63,017 bases of DNA, filler included, from Folioceros fuciformis (GCA_049999805.1; 20 parts of 20 records of this genome joined end to end with filler, not necessarily neighbours in it); one strand, 5' to 3'. Counted from the whole stretch's first letter, positions 47,857-61,900 are shown. Notes: generated from the sequence alone by a model not told the origin. Numbers and translations are program-made.

Positions 47857-48750
47857 TTAGGTTCTGTAGCTTTTCACCACAGCATCCTGAAGGGGAACAA
47901 GCTTTGCAGTCCCGCCATATTCTACTGGCAACTGATCTCTATCTATTTCCGCCAAAAGTGTTTCCTTCAACTTGTTATCAGGAACAAAAATGACCTGCCA
48001 ACGAAATTCGGAGTCAGGAAATGGAAAATTGATGCGGAAACCAGCTAGGAATCATACACATGACTAGTCGAGCCCACTTGTCCAGTGCAAGCAAGTCTAC
48101 CTTGGACCGAGTTTGTTCATCGAGAAAGGGAGACACCACTTTCCAGACGCCGTTGAAGATGAAGGGAACGTTCACCATGAACATCTTCTTCAAGTTGCCT
48201 GGATACTGGTCCTGCAAATCACCCACAACGATGCAATGTTAATAATCAAACTCGGCTTCACAAGCACTCAGAAGGCAGGCGGTAGTACATATCACTCGTT
48301 TTGCAGATGCATGATTCTGTTACCTGAAGAATGAGGAAACCTGCAATATATCCGTTAGCATCCAAGTTCCCGAAGCCAAGGCCCTTGAGATCAACAATGC
48401 CCACAATCTGCGGCTGTCCTGCAGGGGAACTGCAGAAAATCGGAAGACAATCCTGTCAGTAACGGAAGTCTACCGAAAGGTCCAAGTGCTAGGATAGCGA
48501 TCAAAATGCACAACAATTAAGCATGAGCTCACCCTGCCAACGTCTTGTCGAGTGCGAAAGTCACGAAGCCTGCAGAAACAGTGCAACGGTACCGGATTAA
48601 GCCACATAGCATTTACGACAACACGACCCTCCTCCTTGAGCAGAAATGCAAGACCAACCCAGAAACCCAATTCCCCAGAATCCGCACGTTTGAATTGCTC
48701 GGTGTCGGCGGGAACATGCTTCCGTCCCAGGATGGCGAACACCGGCAACC
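47857..48750 (-). CDS. CRAL-TRIO / Sec14-like lipid transfer protein (5'-truncated)
   Basis: IVDLKGLGFGNLD...LQ|DQYPGNLKKMFMVNVPFIFNGVWKVVSPFLDEQTRSK|VIFV...QLPVEYGG. Confidence 0.92.
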
Positions 48751-51227
48751 NNNNNNNNNNNNNNNNNNNNNNNNNNNNNNNNNNNNNNNNNNNNTTAATT
48801 AATTAANNNNNNNNNNNNNNNNNNNNNNNNNNNNNNNNNNNNNNNNNNNNGCCGAAGGTCGTTCGAACCCGAGAGCTTCCAAGAGCGGCCAAGAGCCTCA
48901 GTCATACACGGGACTGCGTTGAACTGCTTGCACAAAACGTCACAAGCACTCCTCCAGCTAGTTGTGCAAGTGCCCAAACATCAGAAGCGCACATGTCTCG
49001 GCTCCCCAAGCCGCACATGGTGGACAAAGGCCACAGGGACTATCCGGCCCAGATAAGCATACATATATGGTTATTTTCTTTTTGTCACAATATGTTATTC
49101 AAGTGTGGTTCCTACACATACAAGAGAACCCCGACAAAAGCTCCGGCGCGCCGGATCAGTACGTAGATGGGGTCCGTGAGTATCTCTACCTCCCCCACCA
49201 TACCGTCGGGGATTATGTAGCTTTCGGAGATAAACAGTCCTACACCTATAATGGGATCAGTAAGTGTGGAAGTACATGTCTAGTATGAGATGTGTGGGAC
49301 GTCCCATGGTGTGGATTATATAGCCCCGATGGATGTCTAGTCTACGCCCCATCTAGATTCCATACCTACATATATATTTGTATAATCCCATCTGGGCATA
49401 TTTTGAATAATGTGCTTGCAAGCCTTATTCTCATTTTAATGGTGACGGCTATGTCCATATCCAACCAAGTGAAAACCAATAAATCACCTTGTGTTGCAAC
49501 CTTTGGTTTTGCAACACAAGGATAGAGTCCATCATTGTGTTGCAAAAGGTTAACAATGAATTGCTCTTGTCCAAAGCAACAGCCTATGATAAACGACAAT
49601 GAGACAAGGGTTAGTACCACCAAGCCTAAGGGACAAAAAGAATCTATTCTATGACACTCACATCCCGAAGAAACTAGGCGATACCAACTCCCTCTTCCTT
49701 GGGAAAAGGGAATTCTACTTCATGAAGTTCAATGGAGCTATACTAAGGTTGACACTGACAAATATCCTAACTTGATCTCCAAACATGCGGTTCTGGCTCT
49801 ATGAATCAAGATGGGAAGAAGCTAGGAAGCCAACACGACGCAAGGCACCCACTTTGAGAAACCTTGAGCCTAAACTTTTTAGAGGCATAGCCTTGTGGAC
49901 AGTCATTCCCAAACATTGCATACAAGAGCATTAGGGTTTCAGATGTTCATTCCATCGTATGTTATTGAAGTCAAATGAACGCATAGGCAACTTATAAGAT
50001 AGGCCATCATTTTTCTGTGCATAAGGGTCTTGCCTGTATGGTGATCCAAAACGAGACAAATGTTTCAGCATAGGACTCTCTACAACCACCTTTCGAACCT
50101 TCTCTAGATTGATTTGGTGAACAATCAATGAAAAACCATATGCTTACTTTTGTGTTGATAACCTTGCCGAAATAAGGTGCGGAAAAGAAATATAGCAGCC
50201 TTGAATAGCCCATTCCAATGATCCGAATTGGGGAGGGTGGTATGGAACATCTTTCATCTTTCTATCCTGATTACCTGATCACCTTCCCCAAGGGCATTTG
50301 TGGATCCATGTACCATTACGTCTCGAATACAAAAAGCCAACAAGCTTCCAATCCTTCCATTTAATCCTACGAGGAGAGGTTACTTGGAGGTTTCTTCGCT
50401 GAAGTCAGCACTTGCTCCCAGATGCGCCATAGTAGCCTTGGTAGTTAGCAAAGCTCTCCTACCATAAACCACTATTGTCTGGTTGCTCCAAAGGCAAAAG
50501 ATGCATGAGCTCCTTATGAGCTCTCCGGTACTATGATCTGCTATTGAAGCCCTAGCATGAGCTACTTATGGCAACATGATGGGTGAACTGCTACAGTTTG
50601 GCGTGCTTGAGCTGTGGCGAGATAGGAACTTAGGACGTTGGAATCTGAATCAGCCTGTTGTTTGCGTTTAGTAACGAGTACTTATGCAATAGGGGCCTAG
50701 CAGGCCAAGAAAACTATTGATCGTCAAGCTGATATGGTTTGTTAGCAACGGGAATTACATGGTTAGTTCGAATAAATCTGGTTTATGATGGGTGGCGGGA
50801 AGGGTTAATCACATCTACTCAAGCTTGACTAAACTGGTAGTTAGGCGAGCTATAAACTGGGTCTGGCTCTTGTTACGGACAGGACATGTTTTTGTGGGTA
50901 TCCTGCTGGACATGTTTTTGTGGGTATCCTGCTTATGACCTGCCTCGCCTCCGCTGCAGGTAGGTTACATCTTCCTGTCGAGGTCCTTGGCCTCCTTTTT
51001 TTTGATGACCATCTGGACGTCATAGGCTTACTAGGGTGGGACTTGGCCAATGGTGTGGCATCATCGCCCTCTAGCCGGCATTACCAAGTAAATTGGGGAC
51101 TATTGCAGTGAACAAAGTGCATTTCAAAGTGCATGAGATTAACATATCTTGTTCTTTTGGACATATATTTATTAACATTGTATTTGATTTGTGTTTCGAT
51201 AATTCAGATTTTTTTAACAATTTTGTA

Positions 51228-51333
51228 TGATGATGATGATGATTATATATATAGTTTTTATTTTTAATTAATTTTTTATTTTCATTATATATTATATATT
51301 ATATTAAATATTATATAGATTATATATTATATA
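51228..51333. repeat. (ATG)n and AT-rich low-complexity tract
   Basis: atgatgatgatgatgat followed by TA-rich sequence up to the contig end. Confidence 0.8.
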
Positions 51334-51756
51334 NNNNNNNNNNNNNNNNNNNNNNNNNNNNNNNNNNNNNNNNNNNNTTAATTAATTAANNNNNNNNNNN
51401 NNNNNNNNNNNNNNNNNNNNNNNNNNNNNNNNNGGAGGGCACCGCCGGAGGATCTTCTTGGCGGAGTATTGTACGAGTGCGGATTTCACGGGTTATGAGA
51501 AGTGGAGGGAGTGAAGGGGGTGCTGGATCGGGACGGGAGGGGGCCAGTGGGGAGGATGCGAGTGCGGGTGCGCGTTGGTGTCGGGAGTGGTGTGGAGCGT
51601 GATGGCAGGGTCCTCGGTCTTAAGAACCGGGGCAGCCTTTTCGTGATGGCGCGTTTCTTGACCTCGGGAGCCGATGAAGGCGACGGATGTGGCTGGCGCG
51701 GGGCTGTGGTGTACGCATTTGTTGTGTGATACGCGTTGCGTTTATGCTCCGAGGGA

Positions 51757-54700
51757 ATGTCACGAGACTGGGATGAGTCCTCTTGGGCCTGTGGAGGAGG
51801 TGTGGCAGCCAAGTCACTGCGACGCTCCACTACCTCGTCTCCTGCGGCGGGGAGCAAGAAGAGTCCTCCGCCGCAGATATTTCCTCCCGCTAATCTGAGG
51901 CCCAAGGTTGAGCGACTGACCTGTGTAGGGGAGTTTTAATGGAAGGTTGATTCGGATGCTGTAGCCGCCTTGACCATTTTTGGGTTGGGTTAGTGTGCTG
52001 GATAGTTGGGGAGGGACTGACTGGGTACTGCTAATCCCTCTTGATGCAGGGATATAAGAGGCTGAGGCGTGACAAGTGGGAGGCGGCATTTGATAGTCAG
52101 GGTAGGCCTGTGGGATTTCGGAAGCTGTTGAAGAGCATTGTTTCAGGGGTTAGTGCTGGCCGAAGCTGTTTTTTTTGTCTGGGTCAAGTTGATGGAATGT
52201 GGCTTGGCTGGACCGGCTGACGTTGGTCTGAAACTTGTGCCTGATGTCGCAGGGTGTTGATCATTCTATCCGTGGCGAGGTATGGGAGTTCTTGCTCGGT
52301 TGTTACAGCCTCAATTCGACTGCGGACTCCCGCCACCATATTCGCCAGGCCCGCCGGTAGGTGGATGTTTCTCTGTTATTGTGAAGTTTTGTGGACAACC
52401 ATGACTTGTTCCCGCTCACGTTCATTCGCTGACACTGTTTTGTCTTTGCTCAGAGTGAGATACAAGGACCTCATTCGCGAATGTCAGTCCATGCACTCGA
52501 CTGTAGGGACAGGTGTTCTTGCCTACACGGTTGGGAACAGAGTCATGGATGTGAGAGTGACGTCCAAAAACATCACAAGGCAAGATACAAAGCTCGGCAT
52601 CGAGCACATGTCACTGGATTCGCGGCTGGGCGTGGATGCTGCCGACCAGCAACAGCCCAAGTCACCGCTGGTTCAAAAGGCGTTAGCCACAGTAGTAGGT
52701 ATAAATGCGGATTTTGACTTGTCTGAAGATTTTGGTAGTCCAAGGGACATGGAAGGCGTGGGAGTGTCTGGTCCTATATCAGAGCCATTGTACGACTATG
52801 CAGGTCTCAGTGATCATGCAGACGATGATGCAGAGTCTGAGGCCAGCGATTTTTCATTTGGCAATGTTGATGACATAGAAGACTTCCCGTACCTGCCCAC
52901 AATGGACCTCTTTGCAGAAGATAGGAAGAAAAGTATTGGAAAGTCTCATAAGCGAGCCGCTCCAAGAGATAAGATCTCTATTCAAGAGGATTCGCCTGGA
53001 GTTGCTCACTTATTGGCAGCGGGAGAGCAGAAGCATGTAATCTACCAGGTCCCCATCAAGTTCGATACAGAGCCAGCAGATGCTGTTCCTGTTCGGACCT
53101 TAGATGTCTTGGGAACCCCGTTTCGGGATGTTGCATTGCTGAACTTGGAGGGTGGATTTCAACAGAGTCCAAAGCCTACTGGAAGTGCTGCAGTTTCTAA
53201 CTTCCCCGCTAAAAGGGTACCGACGGAGGAGCAGGTGGCCGAGTGGCTTTGGACACTGCATAAAATAGGTACAGTGATAAAATCCGCTTCGGACTTTATT
53301 TCCTTAGAATTGGAGACGATGTTTGCGTTTATGTCCCTTAAGCCTGACATACTTGTCTTGTGGGTGTCTTGTGTATTTGTTTTGGTGCCAGTTGTGGATG
53401 TTGTCCGGACTGATAGGCATCTTGAGTTCTATGGTGACACGAAAAACCTAGCTCGGATGTCAGACATTCTTGCGGTGTATGCATGGATTGACACCTCCAC
53501 TGGGTACTGTCAAGGTAACTGGCTTCCGCCTCGCGTGACACCGTTGTTTTCTTTTTGCGCTCTAAACAACACAACGCATGCCAGTCACATAGGCTCAAAC
53601 AACCAACACTTCCCATTTTTCTCAGTACATCTAGTGTTCTCTAGAAGCTCGGTGCAACACACTCCTGACCAGTTTGTTGCTTCGGCAGGGATGAGTGACC
53701 TGTTGTCGCCTTTTCTAGTGTTGTTTGAAGATGATGCGGATGCCTTCTGGTGCTTTGAGAGCCTCTTGAGGCGAGTGGTAAGAACGCTTGTGCTGAGAAT
53801 CCGTCGGTTTTGTGGATAGCTTGCCCCATTTCTGGCATTCAGTGTTTGTAATACCTCTGTTGACCTTTGTACTCTCAGAAACAAAACTTTCAGATGGAAG
53901 GTCCCGTGGGCGTTATGAAGCAACTAGAAGCCTTACCAAAGATTCTGGAGCTGACGGATGTGCAGATGTCAAGGCATTTTGTAAATGTTGGTGCAGAGAG
54001 TTTTGTGTTTGCATTTCGTATGCTGCTAGTTCTCTTTCGCCGGGAGCTTTCATTCGGTGAAGCTCTGTATATGTGGGAGGTGAGCTGGCCTGTATAAAAT
54101 TCTTCCAGTTGTCGTGGCCATGTACATCTGCATCTTTTTCTTCTCTTTGCTGAGCTGAGGTTTGAGCGTTGAAGAAAGCTTATCCCTTGTGTGCTTTGTG
54201 CAGATGATGTGGGCTGCCGACTTCGACCAGTTCATGGCTTCTACTAACGAAGGCTGCACTCCGGAAGCTCTTCTGTTGAGATCCCCATCCATGTCGTTAC
54301 AAGAGCGGATGAAGGAAGATGATCACAGCCCCGTAGGTTTGAGGCTGCATTCCAGGTCTCCATACGGTAGCCCAAAGGAACATGGAAGTGATGCTAGTGG
54401 CCTCATTTTGCTCGCCAAGAGCCCCTTTTGTGGGTTGCGGCCAAGTATATGGGCTAGACCTAGCCGACAAAAGCCACTAAGAGCGGGTCCATTTTGGAAG
54501 AGCGGGGACGAAGAGCTGTCAGTGTTTTGTGTTGCCGCTATTTTGGTGATCAACCGCGCAAAGCTCTTAAAGGAGATTCAGTCTATGGATGATGCGGTCA
54601 AGGTCAGTAAGATACTACGTATCTCCTGCCAAGTGGTTCCGAACTGGTGTTAGGCGTTGTATGTTAGACTATATGCATGGTCGTAGGTTCAAGACAATCT

Positions 54701-55003
54701 CTTCAGTTAGTTACACAGTTTGAAGAAGATCATGTGCATGACGGTTGAGCTCGAACTAAGAACTTTGCTTTGGTGGTTTCAGGTCTTCAATGACATGCAG
54801 ATGAAGATCAGAGTGCATAAGTGCATAAAGACTGCACTAAGCTTACGAAAACGGTACCGCAGTCAGGTAGGTCAAAAGCTTTGGCTTGCTCCTCTTAACA
54901 TAGTGAGGTAGTGGTAGAGGAAGATGTGTTCCTGTCTTTTTCTTTTTCTTTTTTTGTCATCTTTCAGAAATCAGACGCCAGAAATTCTGGATGTCTTCGG
55001 TAG
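51757..55003 (+). CDS. TBC-domain Rab GTPase-activating protein (TBC1D15/Gyp7-like)
   Basis: GVDHSIRGEVWEFLLGCY, I|VVDVVRTD (Arg finger), GYCQ|GMSDLLSP (Gln finger), AFWCF, FAFRMLLVLFRRE. About 10 exons; start and end are inferred from splice sites. Confidence 0.92.
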
Positions 55004-56789
55004 AGAGCTCCAGAACTTTTCTTCTGTGGCTTTCAGCTGCCGAGCCGATCTGTGATGGGGCACGGGTTGTCTGTTGGTGGTAATCTAACAACCAGTTGCG
55101 GTGTGGCTTTCTTGTCCAGGTTGTTAAACGACCTTCCTTAAGGAGATCTACGTCCTTGAAATTGTGAACCATGGGAAATGTTGGCTGCTTCATTGTCCAC
55201 CTCGTGATATTGAAGCCGTGTTGATCCAACCGAATCGGAAGATCAACAACTAGGGCCTTTTAATCCAGGTGGATGTCTCAGACCGACAGCTCCCACTTGT
55301 ACATTTAGTGAGGTGAATGGGATAAGCCCCTTTAGACGGTAGTGAGCGGGTCTCAAGTACAGACCTGCTGACCCAACTTCATGATTCAAAAATGAATCTG
55401 AGTCTCCAAAACTAGGTTTCTGGATGCTCCTAAGGAGCACCTAACAGTATAGGGACATTGTTCTCCGCCACCATGGCAAGGCAAACAGCCGGCGAAAACA
55501 CGGATGCCGCAATACGGTGCAAGGTGGCATCCTTTTGAAAAAACTGATCTATTCAGTGCGTCACACAGTTTCTGTGTTCGCTTAAAGTGGACTGGCCAGA
55601 CTGTGGGCTCCAGTACCCACGACACTACAGAAACTACTACCTGGCATGCAATAGCGCGCTCCACTTTGGCGAATACCAACCATGTCAAGGCCATATGCAA
55701 GTGGACTGGAAACGTGAGCAGGAAAGTGAGCGCAACCTGCTCCGTGATGCATATACAAATGTTTTTCTTATCCCGGAAGCTTCTGAAATGAGAGTCCTGT
55801 TCCAAGAATCCAAGAGCAGTCGGGTACACCAGTCCAAGGCTGATGAGAGCATGCAGGCAGCATCAGACCTTTTGGGGCAGATAAGGAGACGGCTTTCCTG
55901 ACACTGCTTGCTACGGCGGTCTCATTACCGATGTTTGGCAATCTCTGGACAGCACCAGGACTGGAACAATTTGATTATATGAATGGGCTCCATGTACCGC
56001 TGACTGCAATATGCGGAGGTACGTGGTTGAGACCATCTCGATTCCCGACGGGCCGCTTCTGGGTCACTGCGCTGGCTGGCAATTGTGATCTCATGAGGTA
56101 TCCTAGGATCCCTGTCAGCAGTTTGTGGAACATTGAGAGTTGAAAGGTGCTTGCAAGTTGGAACGGACTCCTGTTCCTCTAGATGTGCGCCTCAAGGTTT
56201 CTTGAACAAAACATAAGATTGGCCCGACCGCATGTAGTAAAGAACTCCTACAGCGTACGGCTTAGGTCAAGGACAGGTACATTGGCAAGCCTGAATTCTG
56301 GACTTGTCGTTCACTGACTCTTTCATCAGTGACTGTAGAAACCGCTCCTTGGTTCAAAGTTGGGTGGGCGGGGGCTTACTCTTCGAATTTCTATCTCTTG
56401 TTCAGGTTCGTTCAAGGTCCCGAGAGCAATCCAAGCAAGGTGGAAATCCCAGACACAAAAGCAAAATGGCGAGAATTTTCTTGAGCTGCGGTTGCGTGCG
56501 TAGTCTCTCCGATTTGTGACAACAGGAATACCGATACACATGCGCAGGATTTTGTCTCCCTTTTCCTTTGTCTTCTGTGTGTACTGGACGTAGAGAAGAG
56601 AAATTAAATACACAAAAATGACAGGAGGTTGTCGTTTGAGGTTTTTGCATTGCACGCCAGGGGTGTGGCTCGTCTATCAAGAAAGTGTGTTTTGTCACGG
56701 GATGTCCAGTTGGAGTATGTTTGCGAAGCACATGGTGGCTACGTGGATTTGCATCACACCAGCGCCTTCCTGCCGTTCCAGCATCAACG

Positions 56790-58923
56790 ATGAATTGCAC
56801 CACGTCTAATTCCATGCGGGGAGGGGAGCTCAGCTTTCCGCGTGCTCCTGACCGCTGCAAAGCTGGAGTTGTTGACGCACTCAGATCCCCGTTTGCTTGT
56901 TTCGGCACGAGGGTCGCTACCCCACCCGGCAAGGTTGCCTGCAACACAAAGCGTAGATGGCAGCACCTGACGGCCAAGGACAATGTGAGACAGCAGCATG
57001 GGAGAAGCGGAAGGACAGCTGGAGGGACCGTGGTGAAAGCTTTCGCCGGCCCTTCTTCTTTGATTGCGGCCTCGGATCACTGGGGGACATGGACAGTGCT
57101 ACTCACGGCTTCTGCATTTGGGATATGGTGAGTGTGTGTGTGAGCTGTGAAATCGAAGGAAAAGGGGAGGGAGATGTCGTTTTCCCGGCACGTAAGCTGG
57201 TCAGACCGTAGAGGCATAGAGGCTCTTGCCCACATGCATTGGACGGAGGTGTTCCCAATTGCCTGATTATGGGACACACAACGCTTAGGACTGCTGTGTA
57301 TCTTACGCCATTTCTGCTGGAAGGTCAGAGAAAACAAGATGGGGGCGCACTTTGAGCGGAGCACTTGTCAGCACCCTGGCTGGACTAGCAGCCAGCAACC
57401 TAGGCCTCATAGCTGCTGAAGCCCCAGCCTATGCAGTGGTCAACGGATATTTGCTGCCGCTAGCAGTGCCTTTGCTGCTGTTTGCAGCCGATTTGCGGCG
57501 GGTGCTCATGTCTACAGGCCGCCTGCTGGTTGCCTTCTGCCTAGGATCTGGTAATGCTGTCTGTCTGCAGCACTGGAGGTCTCCTGCTGGTGAAAAAGCA
57601 TGGTAGCTGTCGGAGTTGCGTCTCGTCGTTATTTTTTGAGCCTTTTGTGGAGCAGGCCTCCTCATCTATTTCTTGAACTGCCTGGCAGTGGCAACCACGG
57701 TGGGAACATATTTGGCCTTCCTCATGGTTCCGCTGCATTCTCTCGGCCCTGACAGATGGAAGATTGCTGCAGCACTCATGAGCCGTCACATTGGTGGAGG
57801 CAGGTTTCACACTTCCCTAGTGACTGGTCCGAGGAGAGTAGTTCTTTCCGCTACTTTGCCTATGTGTGCCACTAGTGAATGAAAGGGTTGATTTTGTTTT
57901 ACCTTGGCTTGAGGTGCAGCTGTGAACTACGTTGCGGTGAATGAGGCATTGGGTGCATCATCCTCAGTAGTGGCTGCAGGTTTAGCTGCTGACAACTTGA
58001 TATGCGCTCTGTACTTCACAACTCTCTTTGCTTTGAGCTCTTCAATCCCTGCCGACAGCGATGATCCAACAGTTGCAGGTGCTGAGCCGGGGCCTGGGCC
58101 TGGGCCTGGGCCTGGGCCTGGGCCTGGGCCTGCCATTCTCTCACCTTTTGTAAAAGATGTGGATTTTGTAAAGAGAAGCAGTGAAGGTGGAGTGTGTTGT
58201 GTGTGAATTTGGCGTTGGGGAAGTAAAATTTGGATGTTGGTCTGCGATTTGACAGAAAGCGACGTGAAGCCATCAGGGGAAGGTGGAGAAGCCAGAGGCA
58301 ATATTCAAGTGCTGAAAGGAGCCACAGCATTGGCTGTTGCAGCTGCAACCTGTGCAGCAGGAGTGCAGCTAGCAAAGTTGTTGAACTTCAGAGGTGGAAG
58401 CATTCCTTGCATAACAGCTATTGTTGTGATTTTGGCAACCGCATTCCCGAGCTGGCTGGGAAAATATGCTGGTTCGGGAGAAGGCTTGGCCACCATCCTG
58501 ATGCAAGTAAGTGGTGGAATGCCGCAGATGGTTTGTGTGCTTGCTGCCACTGGCCGCAAAGGTCATAATGCTCGTAGCCGTTCCTTTTCTTGCACGCAGG
58601 TTTTTTTTGCCACTGTTGGCGCCAGCGGCAGCGTAGCAAGCGTTATCCGTACGGCGCCCTCTCTGTTCATATTCAGCCTTGTACAGGTAGGGTTGCATGT
58701 CATCATCATTCTTGGCGTGGGGAAATTGATGGGCTTCGATAGGAAGACCCTCCTGCTAGCATCCAATGCGAATGTGGGTGGCCCCACCACTGTAGCTGGA
58801 ATGGCCTCGGCGAAGGGCTGGAAGGGTCTCCTCGTTCCGTCCATACTGGCAGGGATATTTGGCATCGCCATAGCCACTTTCGTGTCCATCATCTTTGGGA
58901 TTACAGTGTTGAAAAAGATGTGA
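56790..58923 (+). CDS. DUF819 (YjcL-like) multi-pass membrane protein with transit-peptide-like N-terminus
   Basis: DHWGTWTVLL, LSGALVSTLAGLAASNLG, LMSRHIGG|AVNYVAV, LLASNANVGGPTT. Multi-exon; the start is uncertain (56790 or 56814). Confidence 0.9.
58090..58132. repeat. (GGGCCT)7 microsatellite in a DUF819 intron
   Basis: gggcctgggcctgggcct... lies just after the cag|gtgctg donor at ~58079. Confidence 0.85.
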
Positions 58924-61900
58924 TTCCCAGGGCACCATGTGTGTGGCCCTGCCCAGTGGAGAGCAGTCCATATTTGCGCCCAATGGTTTGAGACAGGATA
59001 ATGCGCGTACGGTGTTATGCGATGTGGGCTCCTTAGATATTTGATGCCACCCCCAGATAAACAAAAATTCGCAGCGTCAGGCATTCGATGGTGCAGGCGA
59101 GGCGGGGCGAGGAGAGGCAAGTCGCATGGAATTCCCAAGTGGGTGGCAGCACAGCGGTACAGATATGCGGGTGTATGGGAGACATGAGAATATTATATTA
59201 CCTGCACGCACGTACACACCCCAATGAAGAGCTGTTTTTATGACTGTTCTCCAGCAGTGAAGGCGGAGCAAGAATGTCTTCCAGTAGGCATGGCAGACAC
59301 GGTTGGTTAGCGGCAGCAGGCCGACAACGGCTCCCAACAGTGGGTCACCTAGGCACGTCGAATGTCGTCGGCTTCTTGGAGATTCCAGCAGTTATGCAAT
59401 CAGTTATCACAGTGCACAAACGGCTTGCGCAGGTTTCATGAGACACGCACTGGAGGAGGGTGGCAAGCTGGCCGGCTGGCTATCATGTGCGGTGCGTGCA
59501 ACACTGCCCGTCGGGGGGCTACAGGCTCCCGCGGCCCGCCTCCGTTGTCAATACGATTCCCAATCCCATGCTGGCAGATTATGCGTACTCCACATCGGTA
59601 TCTACACTCTCCTACATACAGTGTTACGGTACTGCGTGCATACATAGATACATACTTACATATGTTGTACATTGGGAGCAGGAGNNNNNNNNNNNNNNNN
59701 NNNNNNNNNNNNNNNNNNNNNNNNNNNNTTAATTAATTAANNNNNNNNNNNNNNNNNNNNNNNNNNNNNNNNNNNNNNNNNNNNCTGTCCTAGCAGCAAA
59801 GGTGCTCCACCTCCCGACCTGGTTGTGCACCAACCGTTGCTTTCTCGTCAAGCGACCGGAAGCTCCTGGCACAAGAGCTGCAACCCCGCCAGCCGTGGCT
59901 AGCGGGGCCAGCCACTGATGAACCTGCGGATGCAAGAATGCGACACGCACTGGCCGGTGTCTCATCACCGCCTGGGATACCACGACGCCCTTGGGGCGGG
60001 AGCAGCCTCGAGATCATCAGGGCAAGTCGTGACTGGAGAATTGTGAGCACGTGAGGCAGATCTTCCTTGGAAACCATCCGAGCTCAGCCAGGTGCAAATG
60101 CCAAGCAAGCGGACCAAGTCAGCGAGCAGAGGCGACACAAGCAACGTGCGTACAACGATATCGTGCCAACACATAGACATACATACATACATATATTTGT
60201 GGATTCTTCCTGTCTTACAATCTCCTCTTCTTTAAATCACTAAAGAAAGTCATTCTATCGTAAACTATATATCTTAAGTACATTGAAAAACTTTTCTCCC
60301 ACCTGGGTACGATATGTCTCTAACAATCTGCTACTCAAGAATAACTCTTTGAAACCTGAAATATACATAGAGTCCGGACGAAATACTGTTCATATTGATA
60401 AGAAGATATTTTTAGATTCGAGAAATGTATCTATGAGATTTTTTAGGGGGGAAGTGCATTGAAGCGATGAGATTTTTTTCATTCAGAAGTGCAGTGAAGT
60501 GACACAACAAAAGTGGATGTTAATCCGTGGTATCCACATATTTAAAAATATATATATAATCAGACTATAACACATTAGGTTTAAAGATGTGATTAATTTC
60601 ATTATTTGGAGTTCATATTTGTTCAATGGAAACACAATATTAAGAAGAAGTATATTTTTTATTATAGATCTACTCCAAAGATTGAATGAACAACCCGAAG
60701 GACCAAAGCCAAAAGGCTATTAATCCCTTTGAATATCATTCTCAAAAACTGCCTATAGCTCCCTCTCAAAATGTCATAGCTCCCTCTCAAGATGTTATAA
60801 TGTGGAATAACAAAAGGCTTACCTATCACTGTTGTCAAAGAAGTTATTTGACTTGCACTTGTTATTCTAAAAACTGTGTTAGCCAATGAATGCTCTTTGC
60901 AAAGCAATGGATATGCTCGAAGAAGTTGAGAGCTGAATGTTTTCATTAAAACTTTTTGACATAAATACTACACATAATATACATAATATGAGATGAGACG
61001 ATCTACAAGTATAAATAAAAAGCACTTGACATAACTTAATGTTAAATATGATTATGGGGTTTTAATATTTTTGCAGTTTAGGTAGATGGCTTTTTTTCAA
61101 GGACGGCGTTTCTGAGGTGAGTGTCTTCCCCATTTCACTGAAGGGTGCCTTGTGTGTTATGAACGGGGTGGGTTGAGGGAAAGGGAAGAAGGAAAGAAAG
61201 AAGTAGAAATGGTAGGTGGACATCGGGGCCTACGTAATACAAGTAGGTATAGGAAAGCGGGTTTAAACAGAGCCGCAGGAGTGTAGAGTGAATGAACAGT
61301 ACGGAGAGCTTTAGGGTTGTGGGTGATTTTGCGGAAGCGCTCTTCCCCGGCTGTGGTGTCTAGGCTAGGCTAGGCTGGACGATATGCTGGGTTTGAGATC
61401 TCTTCCTTTCCTGACGTTCCTTCCCTTCCCTGGCTGCTGTGAGAGGGCGCCTGCTTCGCGTAGGCTTGTGTGGATGCTGGCGCCGGCTGCGAGGCAATAA
61501 TCGAGAGCGCCTACGGATTCCAGTGGACCATGTCCAGTCGACGCTGTGCCCAGAGGACGGGGCTGGGGCTGCGGCGGCGGCGACAGCGACGGCGGCAGCA
61601 GGGGCAGCAGTAGCGGCAGCAGCGGTTTAGAGGCGCTGTGACGCGAGATCGCTCGTGCTTAGGTNNNNNNNNNNNNNNNNNNNNNNNNNNNNNNNNNNNN
61701 NNNNNNNNTTAATTAATTAANNNNNNNNNNNNNNNNNNNNNNNNNNNNNNNNNNNNNNNNNNNNTCGCCATCTTGCTTTGCGCTTCCCCTTCCTTGCTTG
61801 TGCCATTGGTGTTTTTTAGATACGTATACAGTCCATATACGTATACACTCCTCCCCCACCATGTATTATATATATATTGATACATATTTAACACGCATAT

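Noticed and set aside
52254..53819. 521-aa ORF taken as the whole RabGAP
   Set aside because: It reads through in-frame introns. The true gene spans ~51757-55003.
5519..59684. Biosynthetic or functional gene cluster (HMGR, laccase, glycosyltransferase; IFT74 with SFI1)
   Set aside because: These genes lie on separate concatenated contigs, so linkage cannot be inferred.
1598..61764. Recurring TTAATTAATTAA palindrome as a biological repeat or CRISPR-like array
   Set aside because: It is always centred in exactly 100-nt N spacers, so it is an artificial linker. ORFs running into X are truncated by it.
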